The notes under the pieces were generated by a model. The model saw nothing but the letters and a program-made list of their open reading frames with translations. It was not told the origin of the DNA and ran no database searches. Shown in pieces: positions 11,042 to 21,594 of a stretch of DNA of 64,000 bases. This stretch comes from an uncultured bacterium (lineage in GTDB: Bacteria; Fidelibacterota; Marinisomatia; Marinisomatales; UBA1611). How positions within the stretch are numbered: the first letter of the stretch is position 1; each line of letters begins with the position of its first letter. Location: positions 256,316-320,315 of the forward strand of contig CALSPG010000006.1 in assembly GCA_943788175.1 (NCBI GenBank), read 5' to 3'. A program made the position numbers and the translations under genes.

Positions 11042-12214
11042 TCATCTAGGAGCAAAAATCTTTTTATTTTTAGAACCAGACATTACCAATGTAGATAAAA
11101 TGAGGATATATGGCATTCTATGCCTTACAGCACCAGTAAAAGCAATTTCAAAAACACCCAGTATAGTAATAAATAAAAATGTAAAAACCACAATGTCTAA
11201 ACTCCAGAGCTTTCTTTTAATAGCATTCCAAGCGATGTTAAGAAAAAGAACTACCAAGATGAGTGAATCTAAAAAAGCAAAGGAATACCGGAGATTTGAT
11301 ATCTCCCAGGGAAACGGTGCAAATAAAAATCTAAAAACTAAATAAGGCGTAAGAATAATTAATTCATAAAAAGAATTTGGAACAATTGTCTGTTTGAAAG
11401 CTATGGTGGGAATGCTTGCAGCACCTTCAATTTTCTTAGCTTCTAAATATTCAAAGGAAATTTTTGATAAATATTCTGATATAATATAATCATTTTTTAA
11501 AAAGATTATACCAATCAATGAAATTAGTAATCCGAAAAGGATACTTTTTTTAAAAAATACATATGTATACCATACAAATAGAATTGGAAGAATCTGTGGC
11601 CTTAAAAGAACACTAAAAATACTAAAAAACACTAACGAAAAAATATTTTGCAACCTCAATTTTGAATTTTGAAAATCTAATGAATATGCAAATATATTCA
11701 CGATGCAATAAAAAAATATTGATTCTCTTAAAACATTTGGGACAAACCAATAAATAGATGGGTACGCTAGAAGAAAAAGAAACCATAACCAAAAGGAGTT
11801 TAGGTTACTTTTAGGAACTATTTTTAATAATTTAACTAAGGCGAAAATAAATAAAACATTGTTCAAGAAAATGATAGCATAGTGATTATCAAATGTAATA
11901 GACTTGATAAAATAAATAATATCACTATAAAAAAAAGCGCCCATAAAAAAAAAATCATTACCGTTAGCAATTCGTTCAGAAGCTTTTAAGTACATAAAAC
12001 TATCAGGAGTATTAGGTAAAATATTTGAAAAAATTCTTATAACTGCAACGATTGATAGAGCAATATAGTAATTCAGAAAGAAGCTCTTTTTATTTGATAT
12101 TTCTTTATGCTGAATATTCAGATATTGAGAAAGTACTAAAAAAGAAAAACACCAAACTATAGTAGCTATGAAAAATTGTTGAAAAGCTAAATAACTGATA
12201 TGATCAACAAACAT
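11042..12214 (-). CDS. Multi-pass membrane protein, probable polysaccharide polymerase (Wzy/EpsG-like)
   Basis: 390 aa, at least 10 hydrophobic helices, located between wzx and wzz. The call rests on context and topology only. Confidence 0.4.
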   Translation of the reverse strand: MFVDHISYLAFQQFFIATIVWCFSFLVLSQYLNIQHKEISNKKSFFLNYYIALSIVAVIRIFSNILPNTPDSFMYLKASERIANGNDFFFMGAFFYSDIIYFIKSITFDNHYAIIFLNNVLFIFALVKLLKIVPKSNLNSFWLWFLFLLAYPSIYWFVPNVLRESIFFYCIVNIFAYSLDFQNSKLRLQNIFSLVFFSIFSVLLRPQILPILFVWYTYVFFKKSILFGLLISLIGIIFLKNDYIISEYLSKISFEYLEAKKIEGAASIPTIAFKQTIVPNSFYELIILTPYLVFRFLFAPFPWEISNLRYSFAFLDSLILVVLFLNIAWNAIKRKLWSLDIVVFTFLFITILGVFEIAFTGAVRHRMPYILILSTLVMSGSKNKKIFAPR

Positions 12215-12221
12215 AAAATAT

Positions 12222-13445
12222 TTATATATATAGCCTTTCTCGATAAAAAACTATTAACAATGAAAACATAATTCCTAAAGAGATAGATGATAAAACGATC
12301 AAGCTCCTTTTTGGTTTAGATTTTCTTACAGCTACATCTCCTTCATCAAGGATATTTATAAATAATTTATCTTCCTCTGCTTCAATTTTTGCAATTTCAT
12401 ATTGTTGTCTTAAAGTAATATATACTGCTTGATTCTCCTCTATTTCTCTTATTAACCGACCTTGCTGAAGTTGCAAGTCAGGATTACCTAAAGCTAGGGG
12501 ATTTCGTTTTAAAAAATTTGTCAATTTAAATTCTGAATCAGATAAGTCTATTTTTGCTGACTGCATTTGACTGAAAATAAATTCTTTCTTTTTTATGGCT
12601 TCTTTTTCCTGTTCTAATGAGATGAATTCTTTAACATAATCTGCTATATAATTTGTAATGTTTGCAGACAAGAAAGGATCTTCCATTAAAACGGAAACGA
12701 CAATCAGTCCTGATTGCTCTTCATTTACAGATATTTGCCTTTGCAACTTTTCAATTGCATTTTCTAGATGTAATTTATCAGTTGAAGTAGAATAGCCTTT
12801 TTCTTTTGGTAAAAAAGCTCTAAACAAATCCAAAATAATATAAGGAGAAAACCTATCTGGCTTGTCTATTTCCCAAAATTTTATAAGGTTAGAACTATCT
12901 GGATATGCTCGTGATTTCCATTTCGATAAAATGATATTTTTTTTAATCCTGCGACTCAAGACTATATCGGGGATGTTATAAGTAGGAGCAGACCCCAGCC
13001 CCATCAACCCATAAGACTCTGCTAGACCCTTTATACTTCCGCCAAGAATACCTCCTGATTTTTCAGTATCTAATGCAGGATACATTGAAGTAGTGGATCG
13101 ATAATATGGAGTAGCGTAGAGAGCATAAACGAGACCAATGAATCCAGCAATAAGAGAAACCTTAACAATTAATGACTTATTATTTTTAATTATTACTAAG
13201 GGGTCAAGCTTATCTTCTTTAATACTGGCTTCAGTCTTCAAATTTCTATTTAGATCTCTTAACGTATCCATGTTTTTTGAACTGATGACACCATATTTTT
13301 TCAAATCACCAATTCTATTTCTTAGAGTTTTTTCACTTAGATCATTTTCTTTAGCAATTTTGGCACGTTTTTTTGTATCATCAATTATTTCCGGATTTTT
13401 TTCAATGAGACCCAATATTTTTTTTTCATGTGGCGTCAACTTCAT
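12222..13445 (-). CDS. wzz: Wzz-type polysaccharide co-polymerase (chain-length determinant) with an N-terminal AsnC/Lrp-like HTH extension
   Basis: 407 aa. Residues 1-55 (EKKILGLIEKNPEI...LSEKTLRNRIGDLKKYGVI) follow the AsnC-type HTH pattern. These are followed by TM1 (VSLIAGFIGLVYALY), a Wzz motif (PYYRSTTSMYP), a periplasmic coiled coil and a C-terminal TM (LIVLSSISLGIMFSLLIVFY). There is no tyrosine kinase domain. Confidence 0.65.
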   Translation of the reverse strand: MKLTPHEKKILGLIEKNPEIIDDTKKRAKIAKENDLSEKTLRNRIGDLKKYGVISSKNMDTLRDLNRNLKTEASIKEDKLDPLVIIKNNKSLIVKVSLIAGFIGLVYALYATPYYRSTTSMYPALDTEKSGGILGGSIKGLAESYGLMGLGSAPTYNIPDIVLSRRIKKNIILSKWKSRAYPDSSNLIKFWEIDKPDRFSPYIILDLFRAFLPKEKGYSTSTDKLHLENAIEKLQRQISVNEEQSGLIVVSVLMEDPFLSANITNYIADYVKEFISLEQEKEAIKKKEFIFSQMQSAKIDLSDSEFKLTNFLKRNPLALGNPDLQLQQGRLIREIEENQAVYITLRQQYEIAKIEAEEDKLFINILDEGDVAVRKSKPKRSLIVLSSISLGIMFSLLIVFYRERLYI

Positions 13446-14677
13446 TATTTTACGGCACTTAAATATGTCATGTATATGGTAAGAATGGATGTAACAATTT
13501 GTAAAATACTCATACTACCTGCCAAAGTATAAAAAGATGATCTTTCGACAATTATTACATCACCTCGCTTAAGCTTTAGTTCAGAATTCCTAGATACTGT
13601 ACCATCTTTACGAACTATTTTAAGTTTATTAATACTGCCATCTTTCGTATTACCTCCAGCCATACTTATATAGTTATAGGCTAAATACCCTGGGAAATAA
13701 TTATATGCTCCTGGCTTTTGAACAAATCCATTTACCATTACACCATCATCTCGTGCAATATCTATTATATCTCCATTATAAAGTACAAAATTGAAAAAAT
13801 CATCCGGGGAGACTTGAATTATTTGTTCTATTTTATCAATAGAACGCGTGATAATAATACTTTGCAAATTAGATTCATCAATTAAGCTTATACTCCTGTT
13901 TAGAAAACTTAATAATGTTTCATTTGGCTCAATAATATCATATCCGCTGTTACCCACTTGCCCTCTCAACGAAACAGAATTAGAAGATACATCACCAAAA
14001 GGAATATTGATCAATTCAGTTTCTAAAAAAGTAGGGTTTGATTCTAGATTTCCAGTTTTAACAAAATTTAAAAAATTAACTTTTTCCTGAGTTCCATTTT
14101 TCCTAGTTATAGTGATATCATATTCTTTAGCTAGAGGATGAAATCCATCAGCTGCCAAAATTACTTTATCAAGTCGATCTAGCGCAGAAATTTCAACGAA
14201 ACCAGGATTTTTAATAGCACCAATGATTTGAATTTGAAAATTTCTAATATTTAAAAGAGCTATATTCACTTTAGCATTTGGAAAAGCGTTGTCGTGAATA
14301 AAATTCTTAATCTCTGATCTAGCAGCGCTTAATGAAAGTCCAGCAATATTCACTAAGCCTACAGATGGAATGAAAACATCACCAGTTGGAGTCACTTTGA
14401 CAGGTAGCGTTAAACTCTCACCCATTATTATGCTTAGACCTAATTCATCACCAGGCCCCATAATGTATTTATCAGGCGAAACTGCTCTTTCCATAGAAAC
14501 AGGTGAATTTTGCTGGCCAATGATTTTTAAATCAGTTTGTTCATTTTCTGCAAACTTATTATTACGAGGCCTATTCATAGAACCAATTCTTGTATCTAAC
14601 TCTGGTTGAAGAAATTGAGCCCGGGCATAGCCCACAAAGACGCTAATTATAATAAATTTTAAGTATACTTTTGTCAT
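13445..14677 (-). CDS. wza: Polysaccharide export protein (Wza-like, Poly_export + SLBB domains)
   Basis: 410 aa with a signal peptide. Has a Poly_export-type motif (YIMGPGDELGLSI...TPTGDVFIPSVGLVNIAGLSLSAARSEI) and repeated SLBB-like segments. Confidence 0.8.
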   Translation of the reverse strand: MTKVYLKFIIISVFVGYARAQFLQPELDTRIGSMNRPRNNKFAENEQTDLKIIGQQNSPVSMERAVSPDKYIMGPGDELGLSIIMGESLTLPVKVTPTGDVFIPSVGLVNIAGLSLSAARSEIKNFIHDNAFPNAKVNIALLNIRNFQIQIIGAIKNPGFVEISALDRLDKVILAADGFHPLAKEYDITITRKNGTQEKVNFLNFVKTGNLESNPTFLETELINIPFGDVSSNSVSLRGQVGNSGYDIIEPNETLLSFLNRSISLIDESNLQSIIITRSIDKIEQIIQVSPDDFFNFVLYNGDIIDIARDDGVMVNGFVQKPGAYNYFPGYLAYNYISMAGGNTKDGSINKLKIVRKDGTVSRNSELKLKRGDVIIVERSSFYTLAGSMSILQIVTSILTIYMTYLSAVK

Positions 14678-14693
14678 CCATTGAACGTAATTG

Positions 14694-15563
14694 TTAATCT
14701 ACTAATCTACGTAAATAATTTGCATAATCATTAGGTAATTTTTTAATTAGCTTTTGGAGTTGACTTTTATTTATAAAATTATTTTTAAATGCAATTTCTT
14801 CTAAACAAGCAATTTTTAAGCCTTGCCTTTCTTCAATAGTCCGAATATAGTTTGATGCATTATTAATTGCATCAATAGTACCGGTGTCTAGCCAAGCAAA
14901 ACCTCGGCCCAATATTTCTACTTTTAAATTATTATTTTCAAGGTAATATGAATTAACTGATGTTATCTCAAGTTCACCTCTTTCAGAAGGCTTCACATTT
15001 TTAGCAATACGAACGACACTGTTTGGGTAATAATATAACCCTACGACAGCAAAATTTGACTTTGGTTTTTTTGGCTTTTCCTCAATACTTAAAGCATTAC
15101 CTTGTTGATCAAAATTAACGACACCATAACACTCAGGATTTTTTACTTCATATCCGAAAACAACTGCTTTTTTTTGATTCGCTACTATGTTAACGCAATT
15201 TTTCAATTTACCAGAAAAACCTGTTCCATAGAATATATTATCGCCAAGCACTAAAGAAACATCATCATCCCCTATAAACTCCTCTCCTATAATAAATGCT
15301 TGCGCAAGGCCATCCGGGTTAGGCTGAATTGCATAGGCTAAATGTAATCCATACTGATTTCCATTGCCGAATAAGCGCTTATAAAAATCAATATCTTGAG
15401 GAGTAGATATAATTAAAATATCTTTAATTCCCGACAGCATTAAAGTTGATAAGGAATAATAAATCATTGGCTTATCATAGACAGGAAGGAGTTGTTTCGA
15501 GACAACTTTAGTTAACGGATAAAGTCTAGTTCCACTACCTCCAGCTAAGACAATCCCTTTCAC
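14694..15563 (-). CDS. rfbA: Glucose-1-phosphate thymidylyltransferase
   Basis: 289 aa. [18 protein letters not shown] and full-length RmlA-like sequence. Confidence 0.95.
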   Translation of the reverse strand: MKGIVLAGGSGTRLYPLTKVVSKQLLPVYDKPMIYYSLSTLMLSGIKDILIISTPQDIDFYKRLFGNGNQYGLHLAYAIQPNPDGLAQAFIIGEEFIGDDDVSLVLGDNIFYGTGFSGKLKNCVNIVANQKKAVVFGYEVKNPECYGVVNFDQQGNALSIEEKPKKPKSNFAVVGLYYYPNSVVRIAKNVKPSERGELEITSVNSYYLENNNLKVEILGRGFAWLDTGTIDAINNASNYIRTIEERQGLKIACLEEIAFKNNFINKSQLQKLIKKLPNDYANYLRRLVD

Positions 15564-16604
15564 TTAAACACTTTCTCCTAATCGGTTTTGAGCATATTTT
15601 TTTTCTTCAATTTTTCGCCACCAAGGTTCATTATCAATATACCAATTTAAAGTCTTTCTAATACCAGTTTCAAAAGATTCCATTGGTGTCCAACCTAGCC
15701 CTTCTTTTATCTTGGTAGAATCTATAGCATACCTTAAATCATGACCGGGTCTATCTTTTACATAAGTAATTAAATTTTTATAAGATTTATTTTTTAAAGG
15801 TTTCAGCTCATCTAATGTTTCACATATAATATTTACTATATCAATATTTTTTATTTCATTATTACCACCAATATTGTAAGTATCTTGAATTTTACCATTT
15901 TTATAAACTTTATATATAGCACTACAATGATCCGTTACATAAAGCCAGTCTCTAATATTTTTACCATCGCCATAAACAGGAAGAGGTTTATTATTTAAGC
16001 AATTAATTATCATAATTGGTATTAATTTTTCAGGAAATTGGAATGGACCATAATTATTTGAACAATTTGTAATAAGAATAGGCAAACCAAACGTTCTTCC
16101 CCAAGCCCTTACTAAATGATCTGAAGAAGCTTTTGATGCTGAATAAGGAGAACTAGGGTTATAAGGCGTTGTTTCTTTAAAAAAGGCACCATCTTCTAAA
16201 TCACCATAAACTTCATCAGTAGAAATATGAATAAATTTAAAATCTTGCTTAAGGTCACTCATATATCTTCGAGAAACTTCGAGTAGATTGTATGTTCCTA
16301 CAATATTTGATGTTATAAATTCTTCAGGTCCATCGATTGATCTATCTACATGACTTTCCGCGGCAAAGTGAAAAACAGCTATAAACTTATACTCTTTAAA
16401 TAAACTATCAATTAAAGTCTTGTCGCAAATATCACCCTCAGAAAAAATAAAATCATTTTTATCTATATGATCCAAATTGCTTAAACTACCCGCATAAGTT
16501 AGTTTATCCAATACAACAGGAAAGAGCTCCTTATTCTCTGTTAATAACTTTACAAAATTTGACCCGATAAATCCACACCCTCCCGTAACTAATACATTTT
16601 TCAT
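15564..16604 (-). CDS. rfbB: dTDP-glucose 4,6-dehydratase
   Basis: 346 aa. Rossmann motif [14 protein letters not shown] and catalytic [11 protein letters not shown]. Confidence 0.95.
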   Translation of the reverse strand: MKNVLVTGGCGFIGSNFVKLLTENKELFPVVLDKLTYAGSLSNLDHIDKNDFIFSEGDICDKTLIDSLFKEYKFIAVFHFAAESHVDRSIDGPEEFITSNIVGTYNLLEVSRRYMSDLKQDFKFIHISTDEVYGDLEDGAFFKETTPYNPSSPYSASKASSDHLVRAWGRTFGLPILITNCSNNYGPFQFPEKLIPIMIINCLNNKPLPVYGDGKNIRDWLYVTDHCSAIYKVYKNGKIQDTYNIGGNNEIKNIDIVNIICETLDELKPLKNKSYKNLITYVKDRPGHDLRYAIDSTKIKEGLGWTPMESFETGIRKTLNWYIDNEPWWRKIEEKKYAQNRLGESV

Positions 16605-17143
16605 AATGGAAGTTTGCTTTGATTTTTTAAAAGAGGCAACTTACTATCTTTATCAGAAATAACTGGGGAATCAACCCCCCATCCTATGTTTATATCTGGA
16701 TCATCCCATTTTACGCCATACTCTTTTTTCGGATTATAATAATTTGTGCATTTATAAAAAACTAGTGTTTTCTCTTCAAGAACTAGATAACCATGTGCGA
16801 AACCTTCTGGTACAAAGAGCATGTGATGATTCTTACTATTTAAATCAAAAGATAAACTTTTACCAAAACTTGGAGAACCCTTCCTTATATCTACAATAAC
16901 ATCTTTAATTCGACCAGTGGCGACATGTATTAGCTTGCATTGTTCATCATCTATCTGATAATGTAAGCCTCTTATTACATTTGCATGCTCTGAGAATGCT
17001 TCATTATCTTGAACGAATTCTTTGTTTAAATTTTTAAAAAACACGGAATGTCTAAAGGATTCAAAAAAGTAACCCCTAATATCTTTGTGAACCCTCGGCT
17101 TTATTAGATAGACACCTTCAATAGCTTGTTTTTCAAAAATCAA
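16601..17143 (-). CDS. rfbC: dTDP-4-dehydrorhamnose 3,5-epimerase
   Basis: 180 aa cupin. RGYFFESF ... IRGLHYQ ... [10 protein letters not shown]. Confidence 0.9.
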   Translation of the reverse strand: MIFEKQAIEGVYLIKPRVHKDIRGYFFESFRHSVFFKNLNKEFVQDNEAFSEHANVIRGLHYQIDDEQCKLIHVATGRIKDVIVDIRKGSPSFGKSLSFDLNSKNHHMLFVPEGFAHGYLVLEEKTLVFYKCTNYYNPKKEYGVKWDDPDINIGWGVDSPVISDKDSKLPLLKNQSKLPL

Positions 17144-17144
17144 T

Positions 17145-18458
17145 TTAAATTTTTATCCTACCAATATTATCATAAACGAATCCTAGATCTGAAAGTTCCT
17201 TCATATTCATAACATTTCTTGTATCTAAAACATAATTATTTCGCATAGATTTTTTTATTCTATTTAAATCTAAAGCCCGAAATTCATTCCACTCTGTCAT
17301 AATAACTAATGCGTCCACACCATCAATGGCATCATAAACATTATCAGAATAATGGATATCATTAAAGATTTTCTCCATAGATTCATTAGCAATTGGGTCA
17401 TAAGCATTTACAAATCCACCTTCATTTAAAATAAATTTTATTAAATCAATAGATGAAGACTCTCTCACATCATCAGTATTTGCTTTAAAAGCCAACCCCA
17501 ATATTGCAATTTTTTTTCCTCTAATGCTGCCTGAGATTAACCTATCAAGCTTTTCTCCAACTCTTTCTTTTTGGTTTTTATTTGCTTTTATTGCGGCCTG
17601 TAAAGTTTCCATAGTTACACTATGCTCCTGAGATAACGAGAGTAAAGCTTCTAAGTCCTTTGGGAAACAAGAGCCTCCAAATCCTGGGCCTGGATGTAAA
17701 AACTTATCACTAATTCGACCATCTTTCCCCATTGCAATCGCCACGTCATGAACATCTGCACCCACAGATTCGCAAAGATTTGCAATCTCATTTATGTAAC
17801 TAATTTTTAAAGCTAAAAATGAATTTGAAGCGTATTTAATCATTTCTGATGTTTCGACAGCAGTACGCTGAATTGGGTTTTTATTTATGTATAAGGGTCT
17901 ATAGATATCACACATTATCTTAAGTGCTTTTTCACTCTTAGTACCAATGATCACTCTGTCTGGCCATAAGAAATCTTTAACAGCAGAACCTTCCCTTAAA
18001 AACTCGGGGTTAGAAACATAATCAAAATCAATATTTTCTTCATAATTTTTCTTAAGTTTTGTATTAATTTTTTTGCCTGTTCCAATCGGAACAGTGCTCT
18101 TTGTAACGATTACTTTATAAGAATTTAAATTTTCTGATATTTTACCAACAGCATCTAAAACATATCTTAAATCAGCTGAACCATTTTCACTCTGAGGAGT
18201 ACCAACCGCAATGATTACAACCTCAGATTCTTTAACAGATGAAGCAATATCTGAACTAAAAAATAAACGCTCGCTATTAATATTTTTCCTAACAAGTTCT
18301 TTTAAACCTGGTTCATAAATTGGCATTTTACCTGCGTTAAGATCATTAATCTTAATTTGATTAATATCTGTGCATATAACTTTATTCCCAAATTCAGAAA
18401 GGCCAACGCCAGTTACTAGTCCAACATACCCTGTACCAATAATCGCAATATTTTTCAT
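17145..18458 (-). CDS. ugd: UDP-glucose 6-dehydrogenase
   Basis: 437 aa. IAIIGTGYVGLVTG and the catalytic-Cys block GFGGSCFPKD. Confidence 0.9.
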   Translation of the reverse strand: MKNIAIIGTGYVGLVTGVGLSEFGNKVICTDINQIKINDLNAGKMPIYEPGLKELVRKNINSERLFFSSDIASSVKESEVVIIAVGTPQSENGSADLRYVLDAVGKISENLNSYKVIVTKSTVPIGTGKKINTKLKKNYEENIDFDYVSNPEFLREGSAVKDFLWPDRVIIGTKSEKALKIMCDIYRPLYINKNPIQRTAVETSEMIKYASNSFLALKISYINEIANLCESVGADVHDVAIAMGKDGRISDKFLHPGPGFGGSCFPKDLEALLSLSQEHSVTMETLQAAIKANKNQKERVGEKLDRLISGSIRGKKIAILGLAFKANTDDVRESSSIDLIKFILNEGGFVNAYDPIANESMEKIFNDIHYSDNVYDAIDGVDALVIMTEWNEFRALDLNRIKKSMRNNYVLDTRNVMNMKELSDLGFVYDNIGRIKI

Positions 18459-18472
18459 AAGACCTTTTTAAA

Positions 18473-20602
18473 TTAAAATAACCCGATTTTTTTTCTATAT
18501 AACCATTCTAAAGATAATAATATTATTATGAGAGATATAAAAATATAATTAGTTCTTAGCAAAAAGGCCGATATATATAATTCAGGTTCTTCTACTTGGT
18601 TTATATTATTGATTATTTCCGAAATATTTGACCATTTCTTAAAATTTCCATTCGTTAATGTTGCTAGATTTATAAGCCTTGTATTGTTAAGCACTATTTT
18701 GTTCATTTCTATATGGCTTGCTTTAACCATGAAAGTCCCATTGCTAACTTCAAAATTATCAAGTCCTCTAGTAATTATTACTTTATAATAGATTTCGCCA
18801 GGTTTTGGAGCCCAGAATTTTGACTTATATTTATCTTCTTTTAAATCAAAAAATAAATTTTTAGAACCAATAAAATTATTTTCTTGATATAATTCAACTA
18901 ATCCATCATCTATAATTAATTTTTTATTAAAGTCTGTAGAAACACCAGTCAAGATTACTTCTTCCCCTTGTTGGTATGAATTTTTATCTGTTCTAAAAAT
19001 AAATTCTCCATCACCGCTCTTCTTCATCAACCAATTAGTAATTTGTTTTATTGTGCTTTCAAAAACGAAACTAAAATCCGAGCCAGATAACATATATTTT
19101 AAGGATGATATATCAATAGAATTCCAAAATGCAAATCTGACGAGTTTTTTCTCACCAATTATTAGTAATGGACTTTGTTTTTCGTCTTTAATATAATTTG
19201 CATAGACATTAGTTTTTTCGCCATCAACAATATTGGAGATATTATAAGCAGGAATTTGTGGCGGGTATGAATGAACTTTTTGCTGCAAAAACTTACTTTC
19301 TTCTGCAAGAGGAGAAAGGCTAGTCCATGAATCTAAAAATCGCCAATTCATTTTTACATTCATATTAAGTGGTAATAGTTTAGCGTCAATATTTACAATT
19401 TTTAAATATTTACTTAATGATTTAAAGTCAGTTTCTGGCCCAGGAATAATAAAAAAGCTAGAATTGTGAGAAATCAGTTTTTTAGCAAAAACTCTTAAAA
19501 TAGAACTCCATTTATCTGAACTTGAGATAATAGGGTTATTATCAAATATTATTACTTCATATTTTTTTTCTAAAAACTCTTTTATTTTACTACTAAAATT
19601 TTTTTCATCAATTATAAAATGATCTAAAAGATTATTACCATTTTTTAATAAATGACTTTTAATTACTTTTGTATTAAAACTTGGTGAGCCAGTTACTAAT
19701 GCTATATTGTATTGATCTTTCAGTACATGAATAGCTAACTTTTGTTGATTATTCTGAATATTTATTTCATCTGGAAGAGCGCTGCATTTGACTAAGTAAT
19801 TATTCTTACCAATATTATCAGGGACTATTTGAAAGCGAATGTTTTCAATTGACTCAGTTCCTGACATTGTAATTATTTTTGACCCAATGAGCTTATTTTT
19901 ATCATTAAAAAGTGTAATATTTATTCTTTCCTTAACAGAACCCATGCTCGAAATCAAGACATCAATGTTTACTTTATCTCCTTTCACGCTTTTTGGCGGG
20001 AGAGCAACGGACTGAATAAATACATCACGCATCGGTGTAATCTCACCAATACCTACGATATGAATTGGGACACTAATTAAGTTACCAATGTCTTCTAAAA
20101 TTGGTCCCTGATTTATTTGACCATCTGTTAAAATAATAGCTCCAGCTATTTTATTTTTATAATCTTTTTTAATATGATCAGCAACTATACCTAAATTGGT
20201 TGAGTTGGCATCTAATTCTAAATCTAAAATATTTTTCAACGTATCTAAACTCGAACCAAAAGAATAAGCTTGTAAACTCAACCCACGTTCTGACATCTGT
20301 GCCAACAACTTTTGGATTCCTTTTTTATATGCACTCGCAGATGGCTGTTTATGATATTTTATGCTTAATGATTTATCAACGTAGATTCTCCATGGTAATT
20401 TTTTATTTTTTATTCCTTTCTTTTCTACTTTGAAGTCAAAAAGAAGTAATAATAATAAAAATAAAACTAACCCTCTAAAAATCACAATTAGATTAACTCC
20501 CTGAATAAAATAAAATTTTTTATATGCTATATAAAAAGTAAATACTGAAATCAGAAGTAGAATACTTACAATTTCAAAAGAGGAATTATAGTAAATATTC
20601 AA
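18473..20602 (-). CDS. Large membrane-anchored hypothetical protein (BatA-N / vWA-like architecture suspected)
   Basis: 709 aa. Has two N-terminal TM helices, a vWA-like strand (AIILTDGQINQG) and a C-terminal TM ending EWLYRKKIGLF. The family assignment is tentative. Confidence 0.3.
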   Translation of the reverse strand: MNIYYNSSFEIVSILLLISVFTFYIAYKKFYFIQGVNLIVIFRGLVLFLLLLLLFDFKVEKKGIKNKKLPWRIYVDKSLSIKYHKQPSASAYKKGIQKLLAQMSERGLSLQAYSFGSSLDTLKNILDLELDANSTNLGIVADHIKKDYKNKIAGAIILTDGQINQGPILEDIGNLISVPIHIVGIGEITPMRDVFIQSVALPPKSVKGDKVNIDVLISSMGSVKERINITLFNDKNKLIGSKIITMSGTESIENIRFQIVPDNIGKNNYLVKCSALPDEINIQNNQQKLAIHVLKDQYNIALVTGSPSFNTKVIKSHLLKNGNNLLDHFIIDEKNFSSKIKEFLEKKYEVIIFDNNPIISSSDKWSSILRVFAKKLISHNSSFFIIPGPETDFKSLSKYLKIVNIDAKLLPLNMNVKMNWRFLDSWTSLSPLAEESKFLQQKVHSYPPQIPAYNISNIVDGEKTNVYANYIKDEKQSPLLIIGEKKLVRFAFWNSIDISSLKYMLSGSDFSFVFESTIKQITNWLMKKSGDGEFIFRTDKNSYQQGEEVILTGVSTDFNKKLIIDDGLVELYQENNFIGSKNLFFDLKEDKYKSKFWAPKPGEIYYKVIITRGLDNFEVSNGTFMVKASHIEMNKIVLNNTRLINLATLTNGNFKKWSNISEIINNINQVEEPELYISAFLLRTNYIFISLIIILLSLEWLYRKKIGLF

Positions 20603-21594
20603 TCTTTAGAGTTATGAAAATTTGGATTTATACTAAAGTCAAATTTAGATTTATGCCCTAATTTGAATTTCAATTCACCGAGATAGCTGATCATTGCTGC
20701 ATTGTCAGTGCAATATTTTAAATCAGGAAATATTATGTTCTCTTTTTTAAAATTTTTTGTAATCATCTTTCTAAGCAATTTATTCTTAGCAACTCCTCCA
20801 GCAATTGAAATCGTATCAACACCTGTTAACTCGACAGCTAACTTCATTTTTGAAACTAAACAATCAATAATAGCCTTTTGGTAACTAGCGGCTACATCAT
20901 TTAGTTTACATTCATCTGTTTTTTTAAATGAATCCATGTAGTAAAGAAGCGAGGTTTTTAACCCGCTAAAACTAAACTCTACTTTTTTGCTTTTAATAAG
21001 AGCTCTAGGAAATTTTATTAAACTACTATTACCTCCTTTTGCGCACATCTCAATCTCTGGACCTCCAGGATATTTTAGACCTAAAAGTCGCGCACCCTTG
21101 TCAAAAGCTTCGCCAGCTGCATCATCCCTACTTTCTCCAAGCAATGTGTAATTTTCCATCTCTTTAATCCACCATAATTGAGTGTGCCCACCAGAAACCA
21201 ATAAGCATAAGAAAGGATAACTTAAATTATTGGCTTCTAAAAAATTAGCGATGATATGAGCTTCTAAATGATTAATAGAGACTATTTTAACACCTAATCC
21301 AATTGCTAATCCCTTTGCAAAACTAACTCCAGTAAGCAATGCGCCAGATAAACCTGGACCATTTGTGACTGCTACACCTTCAATGTCTGTGATCTTAATC
21401 TTTGCACTATTAATCGCTTCTTCAGTCAAATTATATAATAATTTTTCATGTTCTCTAGAAGCTATTTCAGGGACTACCCCTCCAAATTCCGAATGAACTA
21501 ATTGTGAACCAATTATATTCGAAAGAATATTTCCATCTTTACATATTGAAACTGCTGTTTCATCACATGAAGTTTCTATACCAATTACAATCAT
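20599..21594 (-). CDS. tsaD: tRNA N6-adenosine threonylcarbamoyltransferase
   Basis: 331 aa. GIETSCDETAVSI and HLEAHI motifs; full-length Kae1/TsaD pattern. Confidence 0.95.
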   Translation of the reverse strand: MIVIGIETSCDETAVSICKDGNILSNIIGSQLVHSEFGGVVPEIASREHEKLLYNLTEEAINSAKIKITDIEGVAVTNGPGLSGALLTGVSFAKGLAIGLGVKIVSINHLEAHIIANFLEANNLSYPFLCLLVSGGHTQLWWIKEMENYTLLGESRDDAAGEAFDKGARLLGLKYPGGPEIEMCAKGGNSSLIKFPRALIKSKKVEFSFSGLKTSLLYYMDSFKKTDECKLNDVAASYQKAIIDCLVSKMKLAVELTGVDTISIAGGVAKNKLLRKMITKNFKKENIIFPDLKYCTDNAAMISYLGELKFKLGHKSKFDFSINPNFHNSKD

